NCBI RefSeq assembly: GCF_004010195.1 | Contig: NC_057718.1 | Location: forward strand, 15,039,992 to 15,103,991 | Source of the DNA: Chiloscyllium plagiosum | Taxonomy: Eukaryota | Direction: 5' to 3' | DNA: 64,000 nt | In this document: positions 37,668 to 48,597 of the stretch, in pieces | How the letters are laid out: each line of letters begins with the position of its first letter | Numbering within the stretch: position 1 is the stretch's first letter | Position numbers and translations under genes: made by a program | Notes under the pieces: generated by a model | The model's input: the letters and a program-made list of their open reading frames with translations, nothing else | What the model was told of the DNA's origin: nothing | Databases searched by the model: none

Positions 37668-37987
37668 AATGAAAAATATGATATGAAGTTTTATTGCTAT
37701 GAGTAATCGTGATATTGCCTAATTTGTACAATTTAACCACCTTCCTGGAGAAATCAACCTGCTTTTATTGGGAGACATTGCTGCAGTTTTGTTTTGTCAT
37801 TAGTTATTTGCCAATAGTATGTGAATAGTCTTTTCAAAGACTGTTTGCTGCTGTAATTCTTACCATAAATTCTGCCCTGCCTTGAACTCACAGGAGGACA
37901 CAGTAGTGCATTTACCTGGTTATCCGATGGAAATAAAATGCACATTAACTCCCAAGGAGCACTTGAGCTTCATATTTAACAGCTCAC

Positions 37988-38051
37988 CTGGCAGACGGTA
38001 CTGCAGTATCTTGCCATTTTGCACTGGGAACAACGCAACAGAGATCCCTCC
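37988..38051 (-). CDS. SMYD3: SMYD3 coding exon (equivalent to exon 2): MYND zinc finger core, (x)EGSLLRCSQCKMARYCSTVCQ
   Basis: Minus-strand acceptor with a T-rich tract ending tttttttcttcacag and donor CAG|gtgagc. 64 nt, phase 2-0. RCSQC..ARYC...CQ MYND motif resembles human SMYD3 KEKLMRCSQCRVAKYCSAKCQ (recalled). Confidence 0.92.
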
Positions 38052-39039
38052 CTGTGAAGAAAAAAATATATTACCAACTAAATAAAACAGGAAAGGTTTA
38101 TGGTTGAGTACAATTTAAATCACACAGCCTTGGTGACTTCAGAAAGTGCTTGGGAATAAGGTTTTCGTCAGAAAGTAAAGTTTCAAAATAGCAACTGATA
38201 AAAAGGCTGCTAAAACACATTATGCAAAGCAACACATGCAAGTTTATATTTATGTACAGCTGGAGATAAAATTCCAAAGTGACCTCGATTTGACGGTGAT
38301 GTTTGATCACCGTCTAATTCTGCTTTGCTTTCAACTGTTTTCTCAATGACATGAACCAGTCAGCACCAATGAGATGAATACCATTCACCAAGAGGCAAAT
38401 GATGATGAATGTCATTTCCCACTGTAAAAATACATGCAAATGCTGCTGTTATCATGAGATTAGTCATTGAATCCCATCAGGTGCCTCAGAAAATTCTAGA
38501 GTCTTATTTTGGAGCTGCCCCATTGTGGAATTGAACTAATCTGGCAGCCTGGTGGCCTTATTAATCCGCATTTTGCAAGAGGTGAATAATCGAAAGGATT
38601 CTATATTAAACAGCACTGATTCAGAAACGGTCTGTAAAACCACTGCACTTATGAAGTTGTCTGCTCTGATTAAAAAGATTACAGTCAATCAAAGCAAAAC
38701 CTTTTCATTCTCCTGTTTACTTGCAGAGGTCTTTTAGTTGCTGAAGTCCTTGATTTCAAACACTTGCTGCTGTAGTTGGAAAAAAGCTGATGTAGCACCA
38801 CAGAGCCAGCGACGGATCTTCTCAATGGTGACCACCATGATATGGGAAACACGCAACATATTCCAGAGTTCAACATACAAACACTGTCACAGCCACAGGC
38901 AGTACACCCTACATCATCATCACTCACTGTGTAAAATGGCTTTTCCTCATGTCAATATCAGTTTAAAGTATTCAGCTTCTTGATCCTTCTGTTGATGTGA
39001 ATAGTTTCCTGCCTCTCCTAATTCAGAGTTTTCAGCGGT

Positions 39040-39432
39040 GTCAGCTGTGGCTTAGTCGGTAGCACACTTGCTTCTGAATCAGATGGTTCCAGGTTCTAGT
39101 CCTACTCTGACAGCTTGGCACAAATGTGAAGATGGACACTCCGGTCAGGAACAGCGACTGTGCTACTCTATCAAAACCACAAATGGGATGAGAAGTCAAG
39201 GCCCTAGCTCAGGTGCATGTAAAATATCTGACAGCACTATTTCAAAGAAGAGACAGGCAGGTTCCCTCAGTATTCAGGCCATTATTCGTCCTTCGATCAA
39301 CATCAGGAAAAACTTCACATCGCTACTTGAGGGAGCTGCCACATTTCCTGTATTGTAACAGCGATTACTCTCCAAGGTTCACTCAATTCATTGCAAAACA
39401 CGTTTGTGGTCATGAAAAATTTGATATAAAGA
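39040..39432 (+). mobile_element. DeuSINE-like SINE, near full length, degraded
   Basis: tRNA-like head (gtggcttagtcggtagcac...ggttctagtcc), Deu domain (ctcaggtgcatgtaaaatatc...gcactatttcaaagaagag) and 3' tail. Confidence 0.7.
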
Positions 39433-39510
39433 ACAACCCAAATCATACAGTCACAGATGCACAGATTCATACAGGGCGGAAAAAAAAAATAATCCAAGAG
39501 TATCTTGTCT

Positions 39511-40797
39511 GCTGTGGTTCTGTTCGCCGAGCTGGAAGTTTTTGTTGCAAACGTTTCGTCCCCTGTCTAGGTGACATCCCCAGTGCTTGGGAGCCTCCTG
39601 TGAAGCGCTTCTGTGGTGTTTCCTCCGGCATTTATAGTGGCCTGTCCCTGCCGCTTCCTGTTGTCAGTTTCAGCTGTCCGCTGTGTGGCCGGTATATTGG
39701 GTCCAGGTCTATGTGTTTGTTGATGGAGTTTGTGGATGAATGCCAAGCTTCTAGGAATTCCCTGGCTGTTCTTTGTTTCACTTGCCCTATAATGGTAGTG
39801 TTGTCCCAGTCAAATTCATGTTGCTTGTCGTGTGGCTACTAGGGATAGCTGGTCGTGTCGTTTCGAGGCCAGTTGATGTTCGTGGATGCAGATCGTTAGC
39901 TGTCTTCCTGTTTGTCCTATATAGTGCTTTGTGCAGTCCTTGCATGGGATTTTGTACACTACGTTAGTTTTGCTCATGCTGGGTATCGGGTCCTTTGTTT
40001 TGGTGAGTTGTTGTCTGAGCGTGGCTGTTGGTTTGTGTGCTGTTATAAGTCCTAGTGGTCGCAGTAGTCTGGCTGTCATTTCAGAGATGTTCTTGATGTA
40101 TGGTAGTGTGGCTTGTCCTTTGGGTTGCGGCATGTCCTCGTTCTGTTGTCTCTCCCTTAGGCATCTGTTGATGAAATTGCGCGGGTATCCGTTTTTGGCG
40201 AATACATTGTATAGGTGTTCTTCTTCCTCTTTTTGCAGTTCTGGTGTGCTGCAGTGTGTTGTGGCCCTTTTGAACAGTGTCTTGATGCAACTTCGTTTGT
40301 GTGTATTGGGGTGGTTGCTTTCGTAGTTCAGGACTTGGTCTGTGTGTGTGGCTTTCCTGTATACCTTTGTGGTGAATTCTCCGTTCGGTGTTCTCTGTAC
40401 CCTCACGTCTAGGAATGGGAGTTGGTTGTCCTTTTCTTCCTCTCTCGTGAATCGGATTCCTGTGAGTGTGGAGTTGATGATCCGGTGTGTATTCTCTATT
40501 TCCGTGTTTTTAATGATTACAAAGGTGTCATCAACGTATCTGACCCAGAGTTTGGGTTGAATTTGTGGTAAGACTGTTACAGCCACTACAGCAGACAGCT
40601 GAAACTGACAACCAGAAGCGGGAGGGACAGGCACTATAAATGCCGGAGGAAACACCACAGAAGCGCTTCACAGGAGGCTCCCAAGCACTGAGGATGTCAC
40701 CTAGACAGGGGACGAAACGTTTGCAACAAAAACTTCCAGCTCGGCGAACAGAACCACAGCAACGAGCACCCGAGCTACAAATCTTCTCACAAACTTT
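39511..40797 (-). mobile_element. Poseidon-type PLE (family A), 5'-truncated, with inverted terminal repeat and 13-bp TSD
   Basis: Reverse frame LWVRYVDDTFVII...LPFLDV...VYRKATHT...NVVYKIPCKDCTKHYIGQTGR (RT motif C, thumb, GIY-YIG). 40580-40760 is the inverse of 39511-39690. TSD gagtatcttgtct at 39498-39510 and 40798-40810. Confidence 0.95.
40685..40724 (+). ncRNA. Minimal type I hammerhead ribozyme (PLE family A)
   Basis: GCA-CTGAGGA-T-GTCACCT-agac-AGGGGAC-GAAAC-GTT-TGC. Stem I gca/tgc, palindromic ACGT stem III. Confidence 0.75.
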
Positions 40798-40810
40798 GAG
40801 TATCTTGTCT

Positions 40811-42290
40811 CTCCTTGTAGCTCATTTGCTCCATCCCAGGCAACATTCTGGTGAACTCCTCTGTATCCCTGCTAGTGCTATCACATCCTTCCTGTAGTGA
40901 GGGGACCAGAACTGCACACAGTACTCCAACTATGGCCTAACCAACATCCTTTCCAACTCCAACATTACTTCCTTGCTCTTACACTCTATACCATAACTGA
41001 TGAAAGTGTCCCAAATGCCTTCTTAACTATCATAGTCATGTGCTCTGCTGACTTCAGGGATCTGTGAACAATTATCCCAAGATCCCTCTGTTCCTCTAAG
41101 TCACCCAGTGTCCTGCCATTCATTAAATCCTCCCTCATCATGTTTCTTCGCTCAAAATGCTTCATCTCACACTAATCGGAGTTAAATACCATCTGTCACT
41201 GGTTTGCCCATCTGACCAACCCATTTATATCTTTCTGTAACCTACAACCATCTTCTTCACTATTAGCCACTTTAACAATCTTGGTGTCATCTGCAAATTT
41301 GCTTAACATTTTCCCAACATTTTCATTTATATCATTTACGTGTATAATAATAAACAATAAGAGTCCCAATACTGATCCTTGTGGCACACTGCTGGACACT
41401 AGCCTCCAGTCACTCCCCTCTGTGTCCTATTACTAGGCAGTTTCTGATCCATCTTGCCAAGTTTCCCACAATTCCATGTGCTTTAATCTTCTCAATCAGT
41501 CTCCCATGTGGGACCTTGGCAAAAGCTTTGCTAAAATCTATATAAACTACTGTGCTGTAGAATCTAAGGATTCCTGGAAAATCACTGCCAGTTCATCCAC
41601 TATCTCTGTAGCTACTTCCTTCAATACTCTAAGATATTGTACAAGATTCCTATAAAACCTGGCTTCACCCTCAGCTCGAGGAAGAGAATCCTTGATCTAC
41701 ATGAACAGACTGTCAACTCTGTGTCAGCCTCGTAATTTCTCTTTCAGCGATATCGCTTGTAAGAAACAGCTGGTCAATTTCTGTCTGTGTGGTCTCTGCT
41801 TTATTGGGCTAATTTCTCCGATAATTGGGAATGTCAAAATCACCTATTATAATTACCCAATAATTACACTTACACCTCCCCACCTCTGTGAACTGTCTAC
41901 ATTTTTGCTGCTGTACTGCCTGCTGATTCTTTGGGGCCTATAATATACTCCCAGTAAAACTGCTGCCCCCTTAACATTCCTACAAAGCCTTGTTTAAGGA
42001 CCCTTCCAAGATATCACAGAGTCATATAGCGTGGAAACAGACCCTTCAGGCCAACAATACCATGCCAACCAAGTTTCCTAAACTAAGCTAGTCCCACTTG
42101 CCTGCAGTTGGCCCATCCTTTTCAACCAATCCAAAGAACAGAAGTTCCTCATTCTCAGACCCACTTCCATCCATCTTTTCTGCACGGTGTCTAAAGCCTT
42201 GGCATCTTTCTGAAAGTGAGATATCCAGAAATGAACAATATACTCCAGGTGAGACTGCACCAGTGTTCTAAAGAGCAGCCGTAATTTCCT
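40811..42290 (-). mobile_element. Cluster of degraded CR1 LINE fragments (RT 40811-41545; others to 42290)
   Basis: Reverse SSVPQGSVLGLLLF...SKFADDTKI; FRTLVQSHLEYIVHFW...; 3' UTR piece at 42017-42135. Confidence 0.75.
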
Positions 42291-43011
42291 CACTTGATGA
42301 TTTCCTTCCTTATTTCCTCCCACTGCATCAGTGCCATTTTGCAAGTGGAGTACCGAATACTTGAGAACAATATTTCAAACATAGCTTTTTGACAGATCTC
42401 AGTCAAATCCCTTGAGACTTACTAAGAGTGTTCAAAACATTCATTATTTTGTGCTCATGTCTTCGTTTGCAAAGCTCCAAAAATAAAGACCATAAAATGA
42501 CCTACATTCAAAGAATCCTCGCTGAAACACACTTTGGTCTTCAATGACACACAGAAAGATAGCTACACATTCTTGCTACAGGCCCAGTGACCGAAAGGTC
42601 ATGCCACAATCAGAAGGCCACAGGTTTATGACTCATTTCTCAGGCCTGACAAGGATGAGTGCAGCATTGTTAGAGGGCTGCCTTTCAGATTGCCCTCAGA
42701 AGGTTCAGAAGCTATGAATCTAAAGCTGCATTTTCTTATTAAGACCAAATAGACTCTGCAAGATAATGTAGCATGATGCCCTGGCTAAACATTAATCCCT
42801 TTTCCAACAAGCCCCAGGCAGGATAACAAGGAATCCACCTAACTGTTAAATCTAGCTGACCACAACATCAGAAAAGGATGGGCAGGCTGGCTCTCTTTTC
42901 TCTTCGAGAAAACGGAAAGCTGAGGTCTGAGCTGGAAATCTATGTGCAATACGTCCACTGTTTCCTTTTATCTACAGAAGTAACTTGATTGAAAAACTAA
43001 TTTATTGTAGT

Positions 43012-43107
43012 CAAAAACACAAATTGCTGAAAAGGCTCAGCAGGTCTAGCAGCATCTGTGGAGAGAAAGCAGAGTTAACGTTTTGGGTCCAGTCATCTTC
43101 AGAACTC
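43012..43107 (-). mobile_element. PLE family D solo terminal repeat
   Basis: caaaaacacaaattgctgaaaaggctcagcaggtctagcagcatctgtggagagaaagcagagttaacgttttgggtcc...ttcagaact. Confidence 0.8.
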
Positions 43108-43109
43108 AA

Positions 43110-45600
43110 AGTTATTGATGTTCTTTAAAGAAGTGACTTGTGTTGTAGATAAAGGGGAACCAGTGGGTTTATTGCACTTAGATTTTCAGCAGGCATTGAT
43201 AAAGTACCACATCAAAAGTTATTATGCAAATTAAAAGCTCATAGAGTTGAGGCAAACATATTGGCATGGATAGAAGACTGGGGTGACTAATGGGAAGCAG
43301 AGAGTAGAAATAAGTGGGTTTTTTCAAGCTGTAGGATGTCACAAGTGGTGTGCCAGAGGGTCAGTGCTGGGACCTCCACTCTTTATAACATTTATAAATG
43401 ACTTGGATGAAGGGATCAAAGATATGTTGACTAAATTTCCTGAAGGCACAAATATAGTTAGGAAAGCAAAGTATGAAGGAGACTTAAGGGGCCTACAAAG
43501 GCGCATAGATGTTTAAGTGAGCGGGCAAAGATCTGGCAAATGGAGTATAATATGGAAAAAGGTGAAAAGGTTCATTTTCGTAAAAAGATTTTGTCTGGAG
43601 GTACAGTAAGTAATCAGGAAAGCTAATAGAATGTTCATGTTTATTGTGAGGTGAATTAAATGGAAGAGTAGGGATGTTATGCCTTAGTTATACATGGTAT
43701 TGGTGAGACTTCATCTGGAGTACAATGTACAGCACTGGTCACTGCATTTAGGAAAGGATGCTAATGCATTGGAAGCAGTTCTGAGAAGATTTACTCAATG
43801 AATACTTAGAATTAGCAGATTGTCTTCTGAAAAAAAGCCTCGACCTATACCCTGTGGAGTTGAGAAGCAGAGATGACTTAATTGAAGTATAAAAGATTCT
43901 GAGGGGACTTGATCAGGTGGACATGGAAAGGATGTTCCCATTTGTGGGACAATCTAGAACTAGTGGTCATGGTTTAAAAATAAGGTTCATCCATTTAAAA
44001 TACAGATGAGGAAAAAGTATTTCACTCAGAGGGTTGAGAAAGGAGTTTAGCAGCAAAGATGGTTGAGAAACAATGGCAGACATTTAAGAAGATGTATTCC
44101 AGTGAGGAAAAATGAATCCAGCAAGGGGATAATGGTTAACCAGAGAAGTTAAGGATATCATCAATTTGAAAGAAACAAAAGATCCAATTTAGCAAGATTA
44201 GTGGTAAGTTAGAGAATAGGGAAAGTTTAAAAAAGCAACAAAGGACGACCAGAGACATAATAAAGAGGGATAAACTTTGAAGGTAAACTTGCAACTAATA
44301 TCACGATGGGCAGAAAGAGCTTTTCTACATACATAAAATGAATGAGAGAAGCAGAAGTGAACATTAGTTCTTTAGAGAATCAGGCTGGAAAATAACAATG
44401 GGGAACAAGGAAATGGCAGAGGACTTAAAAAATACATTGTACCAGTTTATAATTGAAAGACACTGATAGCATTCAAAATTACAAAATAATCAAGGAGCCA
44501 AAGGAGGACTGGAAATAAATACAATAACCATCAATGGAGAAAAAGTGTGAAGAAGACTCACGGGGCGAAAAACTGATATATTCCCTGGACTTGATGGGAT
44601 GCATCTTAGAATATTGAAGGAAGCAGTTACAGAGATAGTGCATGGATGGGCAGTGATCTTCCAGGAATCCTTAGATTCTAGAAAACTCCCAGAGAATTGG
44701 GAAAACTCCAATGTAATATCTTTATTCAATAAGGAAAGGACAGAGAAAACAGGTAACCACAAACAAGTTAGTTTAACATCTGTTGTTGAGATAACATTAG
44801 GGTCTATTACAAAGGATGTCAGAGCATTTAGAAATACATAATATAATCAAACAGAGTTATCATGACTTCATTAAGGGGAAGTTATGCTTGGCAAATTCAC
44901 TAGAAGTTTTTGAGAATGCAAATGCAGGATTAATAAAAAGGAAGCAGTATATGTAATATATTTGGATTTTCAGTCGGTATTTTAAAAGGCAGCACACATT
45001 AGGCTATTTAATAAGGTAAGGGCCTATTGTGTTGGGGGTAGTAGACCGGCAAGCACAGAGGATTGGTTAAAGAGTAGAAAACAGATAGTTTAGATAAGGA
45101 GAGCATTTTCAGGATGGTAACCTGTAACGGGTGAAGCACCACACATCAGGGCTGAGGCCATGGTTATTCACAAATATGCCCATGACTTAGTTCAGAGAAG
45201 TGAATGCACTATAGCCAGGTTTGTGAATGCCAAAAAATAAGGGGGAAAGGCAAGTGGGGAGGTCAACTCTTAAGGGTATGCAAGGGGATGTGGACAGGTT
45301 AAAAGAGTGGACAAAAAAAACTTCTCAGATGGATTATAATGTGCAAGAATATAAGGTTATGCACTTTGTGAGGAAGATTAGAGAAGCTGAGTATTATTTA
45401 AATGGAAAAAGACAGCAGAAAGCAACAGAAAAGATGGATTCGAGAGTCCTCATGTATGAACCACAAAATGTGAGCATTCAGTTCAGCAAGTAATGGGGAA
45501 GGGAAACGGAATTTTGGTATTTATTTCAAAGGAAATGGAATATAAAAATAGGAATGGTTTGCAAAAATGATTCAAGACACTAATCAGATGACAGCTGGAA
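43110..45600 (+). mobile_element. Two adjacent degraded CR1 ORF2 fragments (43110-44038 and 44040-45600)
   Basis: LDFQQA.DKVPH, GSVLGPPLFITFINDLDEG; PGLDGMHLRILKE...PENWENSNVISLFNK. Many stops. Confidence 0.8.
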
Positions 45601-46309
45601 TACTGAGAGACTTAGATGGAGCAAATGGAAAGAGACTCAGTTGGAGCATGGAGGTGAGGTTAAAAAAATTAGCCTGAGGATTTATTGACTGACCTGACCG
45701 CACTAAATACCAAAGTGTATTGGTCTTCAAGATCAACAACAACAGCTGCCACACATCAATCTCCACAGTCCAACAGCAGAAATGTCCTACATTTTCAGCT
45801 ATTACGGGCTCCTTATGGATTCTGCAATGAGTTATTGAGTTGTTGTGCATCACGTAAGGAGCACCTGAAAACTGTTTTGTCAAACTGGGGATGGAAGATG
45901 AATTGTGACATTTGGATGGGGTGGGGAAAGATCATTTCCATAACAATCCAGAATGTATTAATAAATCAATGGAATAATAAATCAATAGATTAAAAATTCA
46001 AGTATATTATCCCCTGCCAAACACAATTTGATTTCAGTCATGCATGAACAAGGAAGAGCTGATTGAACACATGAGAATATTCCAGCATTACAGCCTTCAA
46101 AAAGTCTCTCACTCAGCTGTTACAACTCCTTAACTACACCAGACAGGGACTACCTTACCACTATCAACTGGAAAAGCAGACACACATATTTTCGCAATAC
46201 CACCCACCATCCATACGGCTCACTTTCATGTTACAACTCAGTTGTACATAATGCAACCAGTTTGACATTAAGGAATTGTTTAAGAAGGGCTTGAGATATG
46301 CCATCTCAA

Positions 46310-46770
46310 TCAGGAAGGAGAAGTCTCATATCTCAGCTCATTCTGGCAGGAGAGGGTCGGATCAATGGACCATGCAGGAAGAGGAGTCGCAGATGATGGG
46401 CTCATCCAGGAGGTGGAGATTCAGACCAGAGCCAGATCCAGCAGAAGGCGTTTCAGATTCTAGGCCTATCAGGGATGGTCAGCCTCAGATAACAGGTCCT
46501 TCCTGAAGGAGAAACCGTAGATTACAGAACCAGTCAGGAGGAGGAGCCTCAAATTACAGTCCCACTTGGAAAAATCCTAAAATTACAGGAGGAACAACCT
46601 CAGACTACAGATCCTGCTGGGAGAAGACTCATGTTACAGGCCCACCCAGGAGGAGGAGCCTCAGATTCCAGGTCCATCTGGGAGGAGTTCTCTCAGATTA
46701 CAGGCTCTTCGGAGGAGACAAAACTCACATCACAGGCCCACCCAGGAGGCCGAGCCTCAGATTTCAGGCT
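46310..46770 (+). repeat. Degenerate minisatellite, ~33-bp unit approximating ccaggaggaggagcctcagattacaggcccacc
   Basis: Recurrent ggagg...ctcagattacagg motifs at roughly 32-34 bp spacing. Confidence 0.7.
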
Positions 46771-46929
46771 GATCATGAACATTGTTTGAGTCATACAGTA
46801 CATAACTGTACCTGCATCTACCATTTCCTTTGACAGTTTATTCCACATACAAACCACCCTCTGTTCTGCCAAAGATCATCAAGAATGGGAAGATTTTGGG
46901 CAATTTCATCACTTCTTCCATTTCAAAAG

Positions 46930-47305
46930 TGTTAGTGTAGTGTAGTGTTTCGATCGTTAAGTAATTCTGAAACGTAGTCACTGAACCTTTGCAGAGAAAG
47001 CTCCCACAAGCAGTAATGTAGCAATGACCAGACGATATGTATCTCTTTTCAGTCATCTTTGGCTGAGGAATAACCATTAGCCAAAGAGGGTTACCCCGAA
47101 ACTTCATTAAAAAAGGGATTGCTGGATATTTTGTGCCCAGAGGGCAGATGAGGCTTCAGTTCAACATAACATTTGAAAATGGGCACCTCTGATAGTGCAG
47201 CACTCCCTCAGGTCTCCACTGGAATGTTAATCTGGACTGTGCACTCCAGGCTGTGCAGTAGGACTTGAACCTTCAACTTATTGACTCAAGAGGCGACAAT
47301 GCTAT
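46930..47305 (-). mobile_element. DeuSINE-like SINE
   Basis: aagctcccacaagcagtaatg...gggcacctctgatagtgcagcactccctcag...gtaggacttgaacc, the reverse of the head and Deu domain. Confidence 0.72.
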
Positions 47306-47345
47306 CATTTGGGCAAGGTCGATACCTCTGTTGTACTGAATATAC

Positions 47346-47376
47346 CTGTTGCTGCTGTTGCTGCTGCTGCTGCTGT
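47346..47376. repeat. Imperfect (CTG)n trinucleotide repeat
   Basis: ctgttgctgctgttgctgctgctgctgctgt. Confidence 0.9.
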
Positions 47377-48292
47377 GACAGTAACAAACTCCTGCTTGTT
47401 AAAGCATTAATCATAAATAGCTTTCCTCACTCATCATCAGGATACCCATTCTTTATGGGCATCTGCACCAATGATTTATTACATCTCCACCAACCAACGA
47501 TTGTTGGAATTAAGCGATTAAAAGGAAAAGCATCTGCAATTCACTTTAACAGCACATTACCGAGTGAAAGCTGTTAAAATCCACTGGCATCCCATTATAA
47601 ACTGTTCCAATGAAGCAGCTCACAGCATTTAAATTCTAATAAATTGCTGCCGTTATCATCTGCAAAACACTTTGCAAAAGGTCATATTTCAAGTCAACGT
47701 CACATTAATTTTTTACATCCACCTTGTATGTATTATTCAAAGATCATGCTCTGTAAGCCAGATCTGGGCATTGATTATTGTCAGATTCAAATCTTTCAGG
47801 ATACCTCATAACACTCAATACTTAAAACCAGCAACAAAATCTAAGTTTTTTTTGTTATAATCAAAGTGTTTTACAGCATCGCAGGGTGCTCGTCAAAAGC
47901 AAGCTTCAAACAAAAATCAATACTGAGCTAAATAAAACAAACCTGGGGAAGCCTAACCAAAGGTTGGTCAGAGATAGCTTTTAAGGAGCATCTTAAGTAA
48001 AGAGAGAGACAGAAAAAACAGTTTAAGGAGGGAATTCCAGAATTTGGGAGCGAGACAACCAATGACACAGGATTCAAACTGAGGATATATAAATCCAGAG
48101 TTAATTTGGCACAAAATTGAACGTTTATGCTGGACTCAGGTTATGTCCACTGGTACTTCCATCTTTAAGATTTTGACATCCAATAACTAGGATAACATCC
48201 TGTAAATTGACACCCCTTAGGTATTGCTGAAAGGGAAACATTGTCTAGAAGACTAATTGGCCAATTTGTGTCCCCTCTCCTCTTCATTTTTT

Positions 48293-48597
48293 AGATTAGA
48301 TTAGATTACTTACAGTGTGGAAACAGGCCCTTCGGCCCAACAAGTCCACACCGCCCCGCCGAAGCGCAACCCACCCATACCCCTACATTTTACCCCTTAC
48401 CTAACACTGCGGGCAATTTAGCATAGCCAATTCACCTGACCTGCACATTTTTGGACTGTGGGAGGAAACCGGAGCACCCGGAGGGAAACCCACGCAGACA
48501 CGGGGAGAACGTGCAAACTCCACACAGTCGCCTGAGGCGGGAATTGAACCCGGGTCTCTGGCGTTGTGAGGCAGCAGTGCTAACCACTGTGCCACCC
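48293..48597 (-). mobile_element. HE1-type V-SINE
   Basis: Same structure as 5756-6081. Confidence 0.92.

Larger units (their letters stand above)
304..37987 (-). other. SMYD3: SMYD3 intron 2 (GT-AG, phase 0, 37,684 nt)
   Basis: Bounded by the exon 2 donor and exon 3 acceptor. Direct joining reconstitutes the ...CxxxCQxxAWxxHKxEC MYND pattern. Confidence 0.85.

Noticed and set aside
37988..38051. Assignment of the MYND exons to SMYD1, SMYD2 or other MYND proteins
   Set aside because: RCSQC and AWxDHKRECKCL with RLxxRxxFKL fit my recollection of SMYD3 better than SMYD1/2 (CGQC/CGRC). Not verified by search.
39511..40797. DNA transposon or MITE call for the inverted-repeat elements
   Set aside because: Interiors encode PLE RT/GIY-YIG pieces, arms are asymmetric PLE terminal repeats, and TSD lengths vary (10-19 bp).
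47281..47577. Poly-cysteine ORF
   Set aside because: Produced by an imperfect (CTG)n microsatellite next to a SINE head.
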